Part shown: one piece after another, positions 37,833-50,415 of the stretch
Numbering within the stretch: position 1 is the stretch's first letter
How the letters are laid out: each line of letters opens with the position of its first letter
Source of the DNA: Podarcis erhardii
Taxonomy: Eukaryota
Assembly: GCA_964252035.1 (NCBI GenBank)
Contig: OZ176208.1
Reading direction: 5' to 3' (one strand)
DNA length: 64,000 nt
Made by a program: the position numbers and the translations under genes
The notes under the pieces: model-generated
Database searches by the model: none
Told to the model about the DNA's origin: nothing
What the model saw: the letters and a program-made list of their open reading frames with translations, nothing else

Positions 37833-39786
37833 GCCAACACTGGAAGGAGTGTTTCTTGTGCAGCTCAGCAGTGGCCAGGAATCTATCCCGCCTCGCAAGC
37901 AATCAAATGTGGCAAATTCATCCACACATTTATTTTATTCACTACAACAAGGGACAGGGTGAATGAAGGTCCCAGTTGGACAGTCTGCCATATAAAATCA
38001 CTATGAGACTGCTATTCATCATACACACTAACAGCCAACTCAGATGATAAATGTTGACAGAAATGGAGCCAAAATTGGGCCACTGAGAAACAAGAGAGCT
38101 ATATCAGTATGCTTGGAGCAAAAAGTACAAATTTGGGGGTTTGTTTTGTTTTTTTTTTAAAAGGAGGCAGCTCCCTCCCATGGCCCAATGATGTGTGACC
38201 ATGCTCAGTAGCCATGAAATAATGAGTGCTTAATCTGTTGGGGGAGCAGGGACACCAGTGGAAGAAAGAAGAAGTGGAATGGCTTATTTGAGCTCCTTAT
38301 AGCTTACATTACAGGTGGTGAACCCCCAAGATCACCATACGTTCCCCACCAGCTCAATTTCCAGGTGGCAATAGCACTGGGGGCGCATAGTTACGTGGGG
38401 ATGGAGTTGTTTGTGTCCTCATCACAGGGCTGGGCTGAGGATGCAAACTGCCCCACTCATCAGATGACTGTCCCGAAAAGAGGGCAAGTAAAACCCCTTT
38501 CTCAGATGATCTGCATGAATCACCTGAGGAGAGATGTGTATGTATGCCTGTCTAGTGTGTTTTCTGTGTGCTGTATGTTTGGGGAATAGTAGTCACCTCC
38601 ACCCCCAGCATGCACTGGAAGTTGGGCCAAGGGTGGATCTAGCTCTCGTTTACAGCATCCTGGAGAACAGCATGGCTGGAGGACATGGATGCTGAACAGC
38701 AGCACTCCTGCTGGGAAGTAAAAATATACTTGCATCCTATTTAACTTCACATTCTCCATGTTTCAGCTGAATGGGGAAAATATCAGCTGAAATAAGTAAA
38801 ATACTAAGGCTAAAAAAGATATGCATGGTTTAATTTACTTTCTATTATATGTTTTATTACTCCCCATATATCTTGAATTAATTATATTTACCTCATCTAC
38901 CATACTTAGATGAGTGCTATTTTTCTTCTTGAAAACAGTTTAATATTTTATAAAACACTTTTGGACTGTGGTTTTAGAAACGAGATAATGAAAACCTTAA
39001 GCAATGTTTATCAGCCTCTTAGGTTTATGGAGAACTTCATTCAACTAGAAGTGTAAGGAAGAACAAAATCATTCTGTGTAAGAAAAAATTATGTTGGAAA
39101 TGTGGCAATCAGGAAGCAGGGCAGGAGAAAAGGACTCGACAGAGGGACTAAACTCTACAGGCAATTGTACATAAGGCAATGAAAGTTCAGACTCTGTAGG
39201 GAAGAGTGCCCAAAGGAGCAAGAAAAACCATCTTAAGCAAAATGATGAGTGCTTAATCTAACTGAAAGGACAACCTGAAAATCTCCTGGAGCCTTCAAAA
39301 TAACTCAGATGGGAGGATTATTTTTTTCTGTCTATTGGAAGAGGGTCTAGAGACCTTCCAGAAAAAATACTAAATGCAAGAGCAGTTACAGAGGTAGCTA
39401 GTCACTATTTTCCCTAGCACTTCCACCAATCCAACAAGCAACCATTTCACTAAAAATTAAACAAAACAAAGCATCAAAAAAATTTAGCTGGTTGATAATA
39501 TATACCACAGCTCTCCTTGCTAATGCTTACCCTCTCTGCTTTTGCCTCCTTACAAGTTTAGCCCAAGGTCAAGTAAGGAGAAGTAGCCCTGGACCTGCAA
39601 TGTTTCTGCACCTATAACAGACTCAATAGATCTTCTCCTCCTCACCCACTGCCATCAGAGGCTGTTGGCATGAGCACATCAAGAGCCATGCCCAGCTGTT
39701 CTCTAAACTTGAAGCAATAACCACACCTTGCTTGGCATGCAGGGAAAACGTGCTTAGTTGAGATCATTCTACAAACTGAAATTTAC

Positions 39787-39841
39787 CTTTCTATGGTCGG
39801 TATTAGGGAAGGTGGTGGTCCTCCAGGTGGGGGAGGGAAGC
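39787..39841 (-). CDS. FIP1L1: FIP1L1 exon, 55 nt, phase 1-2
   Basis: atttcag|GCTTC..GAAAG|gtaaat; GFPPPPGGPPPSLIPTIES. Confidence 0.95.
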
Positions 39842-40237
39842 CTGAAATATTTGAGAAACAAAGAAGTTGCCTTAGCTTATCACTGCTAATTAACGCCTGA
39901 AAAACCCAGTACATGCAAGCTGTGTATATATATTAAGATAACTCTGTATAACAGTGAAAAGGAATGACATGCCCAAAGTTAAACCACTATTTTCTTACAT
40001 CATATCCTTGCAATCTTATACTTAGCATAGTTATTCTATTCCATTTATTTTATCCAATTCTTCAATTATATATATTTACCTGGCAATTAAAAACTATTTC
40101 TGAATTTTAGCTATTTTCTCCAAAAAAATCAAAGTACATTTTTTAAAATTTTTTAATAAAGGGAAGTGGCAGATTGTCCCCCTATAGCAAAATTGCATTC
40201 ACATTATGTTTCATACTACTAAAACAGATAAATATAC

Positions 40238-40264
40238 CTGGCGGTGGCACAGTTATTGGTATAC
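40238..40264 (-). CDS. FIP1L1: FIP1L1 27-nt alternative microexon, phase 1-1
   Basis: ttttgtttttag|GTATACCAATAACTGTGCCACCGCCAG|gtatat; GIPITVPPP, a peptide I recall from mammalian FIP1L1 isoforms. Confidence 0.88.
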
Positions 40265-42017
40265 CTAAAAACAAAAAAAATGCACCCAGTCATTTCAGTA
40301 ATGAGTTTATTCTGATTCCCACATTACCAGAACAGGTATCATGGCACTCATGCCAACAACGTATTAAAAAGCCAGTAAGAGTTGATAGCAATTTCAGCTA
40401 CTGCCACTCCATATTGGGCTTTGATCCAAGGTTGAATTAGTGGGCAGCTGCACCAGCGGCAGGATTTGGGCCAAATGCAAGGTGACATTAGTGGCTTTAA
40501 GTTCATAAATATGGGGAGCGGGGAGGCTTCACAGCATACACCTTGACACATGTGCCAAACAAGGTTCTGTGGTGTGGGGTCACTGCTTAAAACTCTCTGA
40601 AAGTAACACACCCATATTAATTAACTTAAAGCTGCTGCTTCCCTAAATTAACAGATTGCTCTGAAGATTCCGTATTTATCACGACTTCATCGTCCAGGCA
40701 ACACTGAGTAAACACAATGAAACTTCATTAACAATCCTATAAAGATTTTCCACTGAATTCCAGGTTCATAGCATCTGGAATATAAAAGTGTTATTATCAA
40801 CACTAAGCACGTTCTATAAATCTAACCCTACAAATTAATGCAGTTACGTATGCAACAATAATCAGTTTAAAGAACACTTGCAAGGAAGTACTCCTTTCGC
40901 TGTACATACGTATGGATATGCATGCACAAGTCAATGCAAAAACCCACCTGTGCCTTTATATCCTCAATGTTAACAGACAAGACAGCAGATTCAAAATGTA
41001 AAATGACAGGTTAATGTTAACTGGGCCATACTGTCATCAAAAATGCACTGACTTTATGGCATTAATAGAATAACTTCCACGTTTCTAACACAGACACATG
41101 ACATATTTTACCAACAAGCATATTTAGCTGCTTTTCCAAAGCATTGTAGGAAAGTCTACAGAATGGGCAATTTTAAAAATTCCTAATTCCTGAAAATCTT
41201 AGCCCAGACATTATTACTGCAATTGTTAGTTGAGAGTCCTTTCCAGTAGCAGCTATTCAACTTTCTAGTGTTATATTTTCAAACAGTGATGGTTCTTTTT
41301 GTCTCAAAGGTATTTGCATCACGAGTGGCTAAGTGAACACAGTACAAGAGACCAAACTTCAAAGTGAGATCCTTTTTCAAAGGATCTTCTGAAGGATGTT
41401 TTATATTTGAATGCTTAAACGTTCTGGCCAGTAGTTCCAAGCTAATATTAGGTAACAAGAAACTAACAAGAAACTTTTCCCTCTTTAGACCAATGAGGAA
41501 TGGGCAGGTTCTATTTTGGTAGGAGCTTTGAAGACAGAATGCTGGCAGAAGCAAAATTAAAATAAGCCTGGGGAAGCCAAAGCCACTACTTATAAGTTAT
41601 TTTCAAATGGGCTGAAAATACAGGAGATAGCAAACAAAATCTTCTGGCTGGGCTCATCTCATCAACCTGTCTGAAGGTTACCAGTCCTCTGCTGCTTTCA
41701 CCAAAGGGCTCAACTAAAGTCACAACACATGCAGATTTATTTTAACTTTGAACTTCAACAGATGAAAGCTTCTTCTTTAATATTGCCTCTTACTTGTAGG
41801 TGGGACTAGAAGTTCACCCCCCAAGGCTTAGGCTAATATTATTCTTTACATTCCTATTTGAAGGCAACACATCTCCTATTTATCCAACCAACCACGTATG
41901 CAAGTGCTATGCTACAGAATTACTGTACTTTAAATGTTGCTCCTTTTTTGTTCAAAGGTTTCCAGCATAACCACATGGCAAGCTGTATACCAACTGCACA
42001 ATTATGTTGTTCAAGAA

Positions 42018-42295
42018 CGGGGATCAGCCACAAGAGGCCCATGGAGGTCGTTTAACTGGCCCACGAGCCACCCCCAAACTGAACCGCCCACTCGGTGAGA
42101 CCTCATGCGCTGCACTAAACCGGCAAAGTGTGGCGACTCACTTCCACAGCACCAGAAATCGCATCTGTGCATGCACAGACGCCAGAAATCGTGTCTGCGC
42201 AGACACTGGAAAACGCGGATGTGCGCGATCTGGCACACGGAGGGATCTCCACTGAAGTGAACCGGCCCAGGCAAGGTAAACCTTGCCGACCCCTT
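42018..42295. mobile_element. hAT MITE
   Basis: TIR cggggatcagcca / ttgccgacccc; near-perfect 8-bp TSD ttcaagaa/ttcaagag. Confidence 0.7.
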
Positions 42296-43220
42296 TTCAA
42301 GAGCACCAAGGCTGCAATCCTAAACATACATACTACAATATAAGTCCCATGCTCATGACTGCACTGTAAATTTTCATGGCCTTTTTGTACTACACATTAG
42401 CAATGCATTACCTGGGCTGTGTATAAAAACGATTTTAGTTTTTCCTCTTTCCCACTTTGTTTAGCCCATATGAATTTAAGCACACAGTAAAGAATGCAAT
42501 TTGCCAAAAACATGCCAAATTTGAAAGGGGCCAGGAAGAGAGAGAGCAAAAGTCTTAGAAAAGGGACATCATCTGGAGAATGGAAAGTAGGGTCAAAAAC
42601 CCCTTTAATGTTTACAGGGTCAGAGAGACACATGGAAAAGAACATAGGCAAAAAGGGAAAGCAGTTTGGTATGGGACTGCTTTTGAAGACTAGCCCACCT
42701 CAGACATCCACTTCCTACCATGCTAGGCAGCAGTTAAGGTCATTGAAATAAGAGTCACAGACAGTGGTTTGGCATTACTGCCAGAAGCCTCTGTGCAACT
42801 TTCCAGCCAGCTTCATGCCAACTGCTGCATTAGAAGAGGAAGTAGAGGCTCATATGCAGTTGCCCAATGCTTCCAGGTAATCCAGAAGCAAACTGTGTTT
42901 GTCCAGAACTACATTCATGACTCCCCTCCTTCCCTTGCTGGAATGAAATTGGTTGGAAAGTCATGCAGCCGCTGTGCAGAGATGTGAAATCCCAGAAAAA
43001 CACAAACAGAAAATGAAGGAAAGCCCTATACGAATCATAGGAGGGTAGGAATTAACTTGATTTTGAGTAAGTGCATTTCCAACAGAAACGTTTGCATCAA
43101 TGGAATTATGTCTTTAGCGCTATGCTGAATTCCACCCATGGTGTCTGTACTGAGCCATAGATGTTCAATGTAGGAGTTCCTTTTGTTTCTTGATGGATAG
43201 AAATCAAGCACTATGTACTA

Positions 43221-43375
43221 CAGTAGAATCTTGGTTTTTGAACCTAATCCGTTCCAGAAGACCATTTGACTTCCGAAACGTTCGAAAACCAAAAACTGAA
43301 AGCAGAAGCCTCAATAAAATAGAGAAACTCAAAACGGAAGCCGCGTGGACACATTCAACAACCAAGGTTCCACTG
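43221..43375. mobile_element. Tc1/mariner MITE
   Basis: TA|cagtagaatcttggtt...aaccaaggttccactg|TA. Confidence 0.8.
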
Positions 43376-44070
43376 TAACTCCAAATAACAATTGTTTACC
43401 ATAATGCTGATGCAATTTTCAACTCGTTTCCCCACTATTTACAAGTATATTGGGTTACAAAATATTTGTAATTATGGTTTGAATAAAAACAGTATATGTC
43501 ATAAAGCAGCTTAAGATTTAATGTAAGTGAAATGATTCATAATGCATTTCATTTTCACAGGTGACTGAATAGCATTTAGGTTTGCAGTTTGCCTAGGCAA
43601 AGGTTTAAAAATCAGTGGAAATTTTACATCTCAATTGCTTTGCTTTAATTTAAAGCAGTGATGGGAGCATGGCCAACATTTCACCAGCTGGCATCCTTCC
43701 TTTGATCCAATTCTGCCTGGAGGCCACAAGTCACCAGCCCTTACATGAAGCAAATTGTAGTTGAATGCAACGTCAGTGAAGTAAGGGGATCTTCACCCGT
43801 GCAGAAGAAAATGCAAATAATGAAGAAAAATGCCTTCGAAGGAAAGATGAGGAAAAGATGTGAAAAACCCTTCATAAGAAAGGACCATGTGAAGCCAAGG
43901 TAACTCTTGGAAGTTGTCAAGCAAATTGCAAATCTTTTACTGGCCAGAAAAACATCAAATCCCAATTATAGATAAATATATAAAACACACCCTGAACACA
44001 ACTTTAGATATCTAAACAGAAACACTGCTAATTATGGAGTTTTTTTTCCTTTCTGCATCTTTTTTTTTAC

Positions 44071-44227
44071 CTGGAGGAGGAATCAGAGGGGGAGCAGTAC
44101 TGACAGATGGAGGTGGCGGAAGAAAAGGAGGCGGTGGAAGATGGGTGGGAGGAGCTCCTGGAGGAAAAAACGGAGGGGGCTTGGTAAAACTGTTGTCCAC
44201 GTCGGCACTGGGGCGTTCAGAAAGAAC
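44071..44227 (-). CDS. FIP1L1: FIP1L1 proline-rich exon, 157 nt, phase 0-1
   Basis: ttttgtag|GTTCTT..CCAG|gtaaaa; [52 protein letters not shown]. Confidence 0.97.
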
Positions 44228-44616
44228 CTACAAAACAAAACCAACATTACAATTTTCTTCTGAGAAGGGGGGGGGGATGCATATTTTCCCCTAATTTACA
44301 GATTAAGTAAAGTTTTTTCTGAAATGAAGAAACGTGCATTTGCCTTCCAACAGAAACAGGAGAAATTTATCAGTGAAAACTCTGAAGATTAAAAGGATAA
44401 TACAGGTCGTTGCTGGAATATCCTATGCATTTTGATCTCTCACTCTCTAACAAACACTTCTAAAAGTATGCTGACTTGAAATGAGAAGATGCAAGGTGAA
44501 ACTTTGACAACACACGAGTGTGAGCATGCTGGGGCCAAACATTACCCTCAATTCTATGTTGCATTAGCAGTAAAGCATGCTGATGACTATAACACCCTAA
44601 GAGCACTCATTGCATA

Positions 44617-44956
44617 AAAAGGTAAAGGGACCCCTGACCAGTCGTGGCTGACTCTGGGGTTGCGGTGCTCATCTCACTTTACTGGCTGAGGGAGCCGGTG
44701 CACAGCTTCCGGGTCATGTGGCCAGCATGACTAAGCCGCTTCTGGCGAACCAGAGCAGCGCACGGAAACGTCGTTTACCTTCCCGCCGGAGTGGTACCTA
44801 TTTATCTACTTGCACTTTGAGGTGCTTTTGAACTGCTAGGTTGGCAGCAGGGACTGAGCAACGGGAGCTCACCCCGTAGCGGGGATTCGAACCGCCGACC
44901 TTCTGATCAGCAAGACCTAGGCTCTGTGGTTTAACCCACAGCACCACCCGTATCCC
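44617..44956 (-). mobile_element. Sauria SINE, full length, intact B box
   Basis: 12-bp TSD actcattgcata at 44605-44616 and 44959-44970; GGTTCGAATCCC on -. Confidence 0.95.
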
Positions 44957-45447
44957 TTACTCATTGCATACCATACTTTAATTAAATGTCTCCTTTTTCA
45001 AGGGGCAAAGACTTGTAACCAATGCAGTACTACGCATTGTCTTGTCAGTGCAAAGTTTTCCACTAGAACAATAGGACTTCTCCCCCTTCTTTCCAGTGCA
45101 TACCCCACACCCTCCCAAAATCTGTTCCGTAGTGTTGGGGGAACTCCAAGAACAGATTTAGTGGATGTGCGGGGGAGGGGGGAGGAGATGTCCCACTGCA
45201 CAAGTGTAAATCCTTACACTGATGGGACGGTTACATTGGATACAAGCCACTGGGTTCTTTCAAGCTGCAATTCTCTCCAATTTCTTGACAAGTGGCTTAA
45301 TCATATATATGCTTTCTATTTGCTCACTCCTTTTGCATATCAAATATTATATGCATCACATTTTCAGTTCTTTAAACTGAAGCTAAGGTGAAAGCAAAAT
45401 CAGTCTTGTTGTACCCAATACGCATATGTAAGAGGGGAAAAGGAAAC

Positions 45448-45541
45448 CTGTATGTTGCTGTTTTCATTCGCACGCCGCCTTCCTTCTACTCGGCTTATTG
45501 TGATCGTCTGTCCAATCACATCTATTGTACCAGAAAGCCTT
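45448..45541 (-). CDS. FIP1L1: FIP1L1 exon, 94 nt, phase 2-0
   Basis: cttttcag|AAGG..ATACAG|gtttcc; [31 protein letters not shown]. Confidence 0.96.
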
Positions 45542-45832
45542 CTGAAAAGAAATATAAAAGGGAACTGTTACACTGATACAAAGGACCAGAGCAAGACCTG
45601 GGGGAACGCATCGCAAGCCTTTCAAATGCCTTGTGCATATGTTTCAAAAGGCTATTATTCAAGAAGGATAATCAGCTGGTGGTTTTTTCTGCTTCTTTGT
45701 TTATTAAAGGCAGCAAGATCATCTCAATAGATGATGTGTCATCCCCCAAGAAGAAACATACTGTACTTCTGTTTAAATATAAAATTCTATAACAGCGGTA
45801 TGACTGAGAATTAGCAATATGAAGAGGAAATA

Positions 45833-46110
45833 AAAAGGTAAAGGTACCCCTGACCATTAGGTCCAGTCGCGGACGACTCTGGGGTTGCGGCGCTCATCTC
45901 ACTTTACTGGCCGAGGGAGCCGGCGTACACCTTCCAGGTCATGTGGCCAGCATGACTAAGCCACTTCTGGCGAACCAGAGAAGCACATGGAAATGCTGTT
46001 TACCTTCCCGCTGGAGCGGTACCTATTTATCTACTTGTACTTTGACATGCTTTCGAACTGCTAGGTGGGCAGGAGCTGGGACTGAGCAACTGGAGCTGTG
46101 GTTTAGACCA
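45833..46110 (-). mobile_element. Sauria SINE with an internal deletion of the B-box region
   Basis: Same body sequence; gagcaactggagc joins directly to tgtggtttagacca. Confidence 0.9.
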
Positions 46111-46944
46111 TAAGAGGCATCTATTCAAACCTAGGATATACTTGCTTTTCTATTGAAGAAAAAAACCTTGAAATTAAAGGTGGAGGTAATAGAAGCTCAA
46201 GTTTCAGAAGATTACTTAAAATAAAAGATTTCATGACTAAGAAGGTACTGATGAACTATTCACGCTGTGCATCACATATATTAAAGCAAGGCACCTATCC
46301 AACAACTGAAACTCTGGTAGTCAACTAGTAGTATACAACTTGTGAGAGCCAGGTTCTCCATCAACAAGTGGAATACATGTTGTTACTGCTCTCTGCACCT
46401 CCTGCATTCAGGCTGAAAGCTGGATCTCCCCAACAAGGCAGATTCAGCTTTGGAGTCATATGTTGTTGACCTCTACTCTCAATCCTTAGATAGGCAATAA
46501 TATTGGCTAGGAATTATAGTTCTTTGCCCTAAGAAGAGAAGATCAATTCTTGAACAGGCAGTAGTGATGCCTCAACTATAAATCCTTCTGACAGGCACGT
46601 TTCCAAATCTGCTGTAACATGCACCCCAAAGGGAAGCAGACCTCAACTTTTTTCTCTTGGTGGTTTCTAGACAAAGTATTACCATTCATATCCTACTGAA
46701 GTAAATGGCAAGACTCCCATAGATTTTAAGAAGGTTGCACCTCATCCAAACAAAGCGAGTTAACGTAAAACCAGAGTATTCCCTCTCCAAGTATGACACA
46801 AAGCCAGCATACAAAAGCTAGCTCTCAAGTGTTACTCTTACCTCCCAATATTCATGTGGCTGAGAGGACAGTCAAAATTTGTGGCCGAGCTCAGAAGCGG
46901 GTTGAAAATGTGGATAGCTTATTCTAACACGCCATTTACATAAT

Positions 46945-47050
46945 CTCTTTTAAACTGTTTTTAATATTGTATTTTACATTGTTGAGACCCGCCCTGGGAC
47001 CTTGTGGTGAAGGGCAAGCAATAAATATTCTATCATCATCATCATCATTT
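46945..47050 (+). mobile_element. L2-type 3' tail ending in (CAT)n
   Basis: tgttgagacccgccctgggaccttgtggtgaagggcaagcaataaat. Confidence 0.55.
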
Positions 47051-48877
47051 CCAGATTAACTTTTAAGGGAAGGGAACACCCCAGTTTTCCCCTTTAAGAA
47101 TTGACATTTTTCTATCCCTGCATAGTGCCTGTAGCTACAGAAGTGAAATAGTCTGGCAACAACAGTCAACAACTTTAATATTGTTAAAACAAAACACAGC
47201 TAAGTCAAACATTAACTACCAGTTGATAAATATATGGATGAATGAATTCTACACTAGTTACAAAGGAGCCAAAATTTACAAACAGCTGATGAGAACATAA
47301 CCTAAGAAAAGCCTCAAAATCTTCAACAGTAATTCAAGGGAACACGCAAGCAGGCAAACTAAAAGCAGAAGACAAACGCAACCTTTTTGCCAGCAGTTAA
47401 GAATTTTAGGGTGTTAAATAGTGTAACCTGCTCTGAAAAAAACAGAAAATAATGGTTAGGAGAAAGATGAAGCTGCATTGATCATTAGCAAGAGGAAGAG
47501 GGTAGCAGCAAGCATACAGAGGCAGACTATACACCAGAAAATTAGGAGCCCTAATCTGTACTTAAAAGGCTTCAACATTCAAACATAATATGAACTACAC
47601 TGACACGGGTCCACAATTTCAATCAACTTTACTCAGCATGATCAGTATTCTACCATCCTTTGGCAAGCACAATGATGTCCAACCTTCCTTTCAACCTTGG
47701 AGTTGGGGAAAAGGTAGGGCAATAAGGTAAAAGACAACAAATTGTGTCCAAAATCAGCAGACAACAATATTTCTACAAGCCTATTTTGTGCTGCGATTGT
47801 AGTGAATCCAACAGAGCCCTAGGTATCTCAGAAGTACTGTTTAACTGTGATGATGATCCCTGCCTCACCACCCCACCCCAGCTTCAAGGGGTCTGGGGCA
47901 AAGAGATTGTCCTGGAAATCATTTAAAGTTTCAGAGTTATAGTGGAAGGTCAGGGCCAAGATCCTGCTCCTTGAAGAAGTGATCAAGCCAAGCAAAGTTT
48001 GTGGACCCTTGAATGAGTACAAATCAGAAACCACTAAAAATACAGGTTTAAAATCTTATACTTAGGAACTAGGTGGGAAAACAAAGTTAATACAGGGTCT
48101 GCAACATGTAGATTAAATAGCCAAACAAATCAAAACACAAAATATCAGTGCCTGAAGACTGACAGAAATGACACATCTAGCTGGAGGCAATGAGCTAGTA
48201 ATCAACAACCTTTTTGGAGAGAAGTAGGACTATATACCTACTATTGTGGCAACTGTCACAAAAGCTGTTATTGTTAAAAGTGATGGAAGTTAATGGTTGG
48301 GAGGTTCATCCTGTCTGCAAAGAATTACTTTGTAATTTCACAAACTGATTCTCAAAAAGTATGGTGCTACGGTGTGCAATGAAGGGATGTGAGGCCACCA
48401 GCTATCTAAAGGTATGAGTCTGGCAAGTACTGGATAGGTGTCCTCCTTGCGTTCCACAATGGAAAGACGGGGATACACAGGCACACACAGTTTACAAACT
48501 AGTTCATATTCTGTTTGTTAGCAGCATATGAAGCCTGCTATTCTGATGTGAAGCTTGCCCTATTTCTATGCTTTCCTGTTACCAAATGATTATTATATTG
48601 AGAGAGAAGGACAAAACATACCTGGTTTTGATAGTATTAATCCCCAGATATCACTGCACTCTAAGATTTAGCACTTTTGCTCTATGTAAGAAGTGTGGCT
48701 ATTATTACCCACTACATTTATACTTTGGAATTAAGGGTAGGGGTTTGTGCTGCAAAATCTGGGCATACACTAAAGTCCAGAATACTATTCTACAGCAGCC
48801 TTGCCTAAACACATGCAACCAATGAGTAAAATGAACATTGTAATTCAAAAAGGACCATGTCCCTTTTAACTTCTTAC

Positions 48878-48985
48878 CTTAGTTCCGGCGATTCAGCCCT
48901 CCCATATCGGTCCTGCCACTTCCCAACACCTGAACTTGTTTTTCTGGCTGCAGTGCTCGGCTGTGACTGAGAAGAGGCGCTGTTT
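48878..48985 (-). CDS. FIP1L1: FIP1L1 exon, 108 nt, phase 2-2 (symmetric, skippable)
   Basis: ctcaccag|AAACAG..CTAAG|gtaaga; [35 protein letters not shown]. Confidence 0.95.
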
Positions 48986-50305
48986 CTGGTGAGATAAATT
49001 TTCTAGGTCTTTCTTTTCCTCAGGCATTACCCCACTTTCAATGAACCCCCAATTGGCCTTTCCACATAGGAGACATAGAGTATGTTGTCCCTTATTTATG
49101 GAAGAGAAGAGCAGAAACAAAACCTCCTCAAATCTATCCCTTTTTGACCCCTTTCCTTCTCTGTGTAAGGTGTCCCAGACTTAATTATCCAGGTCTCTAC
49201 TGGGGACTCTGATCTGGCTTTCCATTGATGAGGCATAGCCAGTAACGCTGATATCAAGAAAAAGAACACTAGGTCATTGTGTTTAACCCCTGAGTTTGTG
49301 TCACTTTCCAGTGATGATAGGGCTAATGGTGGGTCAGGCGTATGTTCCTGGCTCGTGCCCAAACGAGGAAGCTATTAAGCAAAGGAAACAGGCAAGTACA
49401 GGGTTCATTCATGGAACGCCAAACCATGGTTAGGTTTTTAATATTTGAACCAACCCTTGGCCCAGTTTGGATATCATGATAAGCCAGAGTTTATCACCAA
49501 TCGGCATGAGCCAAAGCTAGCCTTTGATGCACACAGCTAGTGCAGTCAAGGAAGAAATGTCTATATTTTATTAATCATGACTGAATGATGTTCATTCATC
49601 CTTTGATACATCGTTTAACAAAATCCCTAAGCATTACACACAGATTTACAATCATAAATCACAAGCAAAAAGTCAGTACATAGTATCAAAACACAGAGTA
49701 AAATAGAGTAAAACATTAAGAAAAACATTAAAATAGAAATACCACCTGTGGGTTACTACAGTGCTTTCAAGAAAATATATAGTAAGCCTTGTTCAAACCC
49801 TAAACTGGTTAATCTTAACTACTGTTTGTTAAAACAAAACTGTTTCACAAACTATGGTCTGAATTTGGCTCATTTCAAACAAGCTATACTTAATGCATTG
49901 TGTAGGTGAGCATGTTGCTGATAAGATACAATTAATGGGGAAATGAAACAAAAGCTTCCAGTCTAGTCCTTGTGGAGGAAGGACAAGGAAAGCAGCTTGC
50001 TGCTGTCAGTGATTTCATCATGTAGTCCAGCTCATTATCTGTACTTACCTAGCACAGATGCTTTAAACAGGGACCTAAAAATCCACATTCTTACTATTGA
50101 TCATGCTAAAATATAATTAAATCCCTTTAACTTTTCCTGGTAAAATTCCACACACTTCAAATACATCTAGGATTGCAAACTAAAATATGAAAAAAGGTTA
50201 AGATTTGAGACAAGGATAGCAAACTTTTCTTTTATTTAGTTTAAGAGAATGGTAACAAATAGAAGGTATTTTCTCTCTATGGCAGTTTGAAAATATCCAA
50301 CTGAC

Positions 50306-50415
50306 CTGTTTGATGGGATGCCTGTCTTGAATAAGGGAGGGGGAGAAGTAAACTCAGTTTTGGTTGGTGGAAGTGGCATTTCTTTCTCCATGTTTCCAGT
50401 TCTTCCCTGCTGCAC
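50306..50415 (-). CDS. FIP1L1: FIP1L1 exon, 110 nt, phase 0-2
   Basis: ttctgaag|GTGCAG..AACAG|gtcagt; [36 protein letters not shown]. Confidence 0.95.

Noticed and set aside
39241-39280. ATGATGA...CTGA C/D-box-like motif
   Set aside because: Too short for a snoRNA, no terminal stem, and antisense to the host intron
41794-41805. 12-nt in-frame microexon candidate (VPPT) with donor GTAAGA
   Set aside because: The acceptor has almost no pyrimidine tract (GGGGGGTGAACTTCTAG); probably chance
49096-49371. Strong acceptor at 49371 with a 90-codon open frame
   Set aside because: The open frame is phase 0 but the intron is phase 2 (early stop); no convincing donor and no recognisable protein
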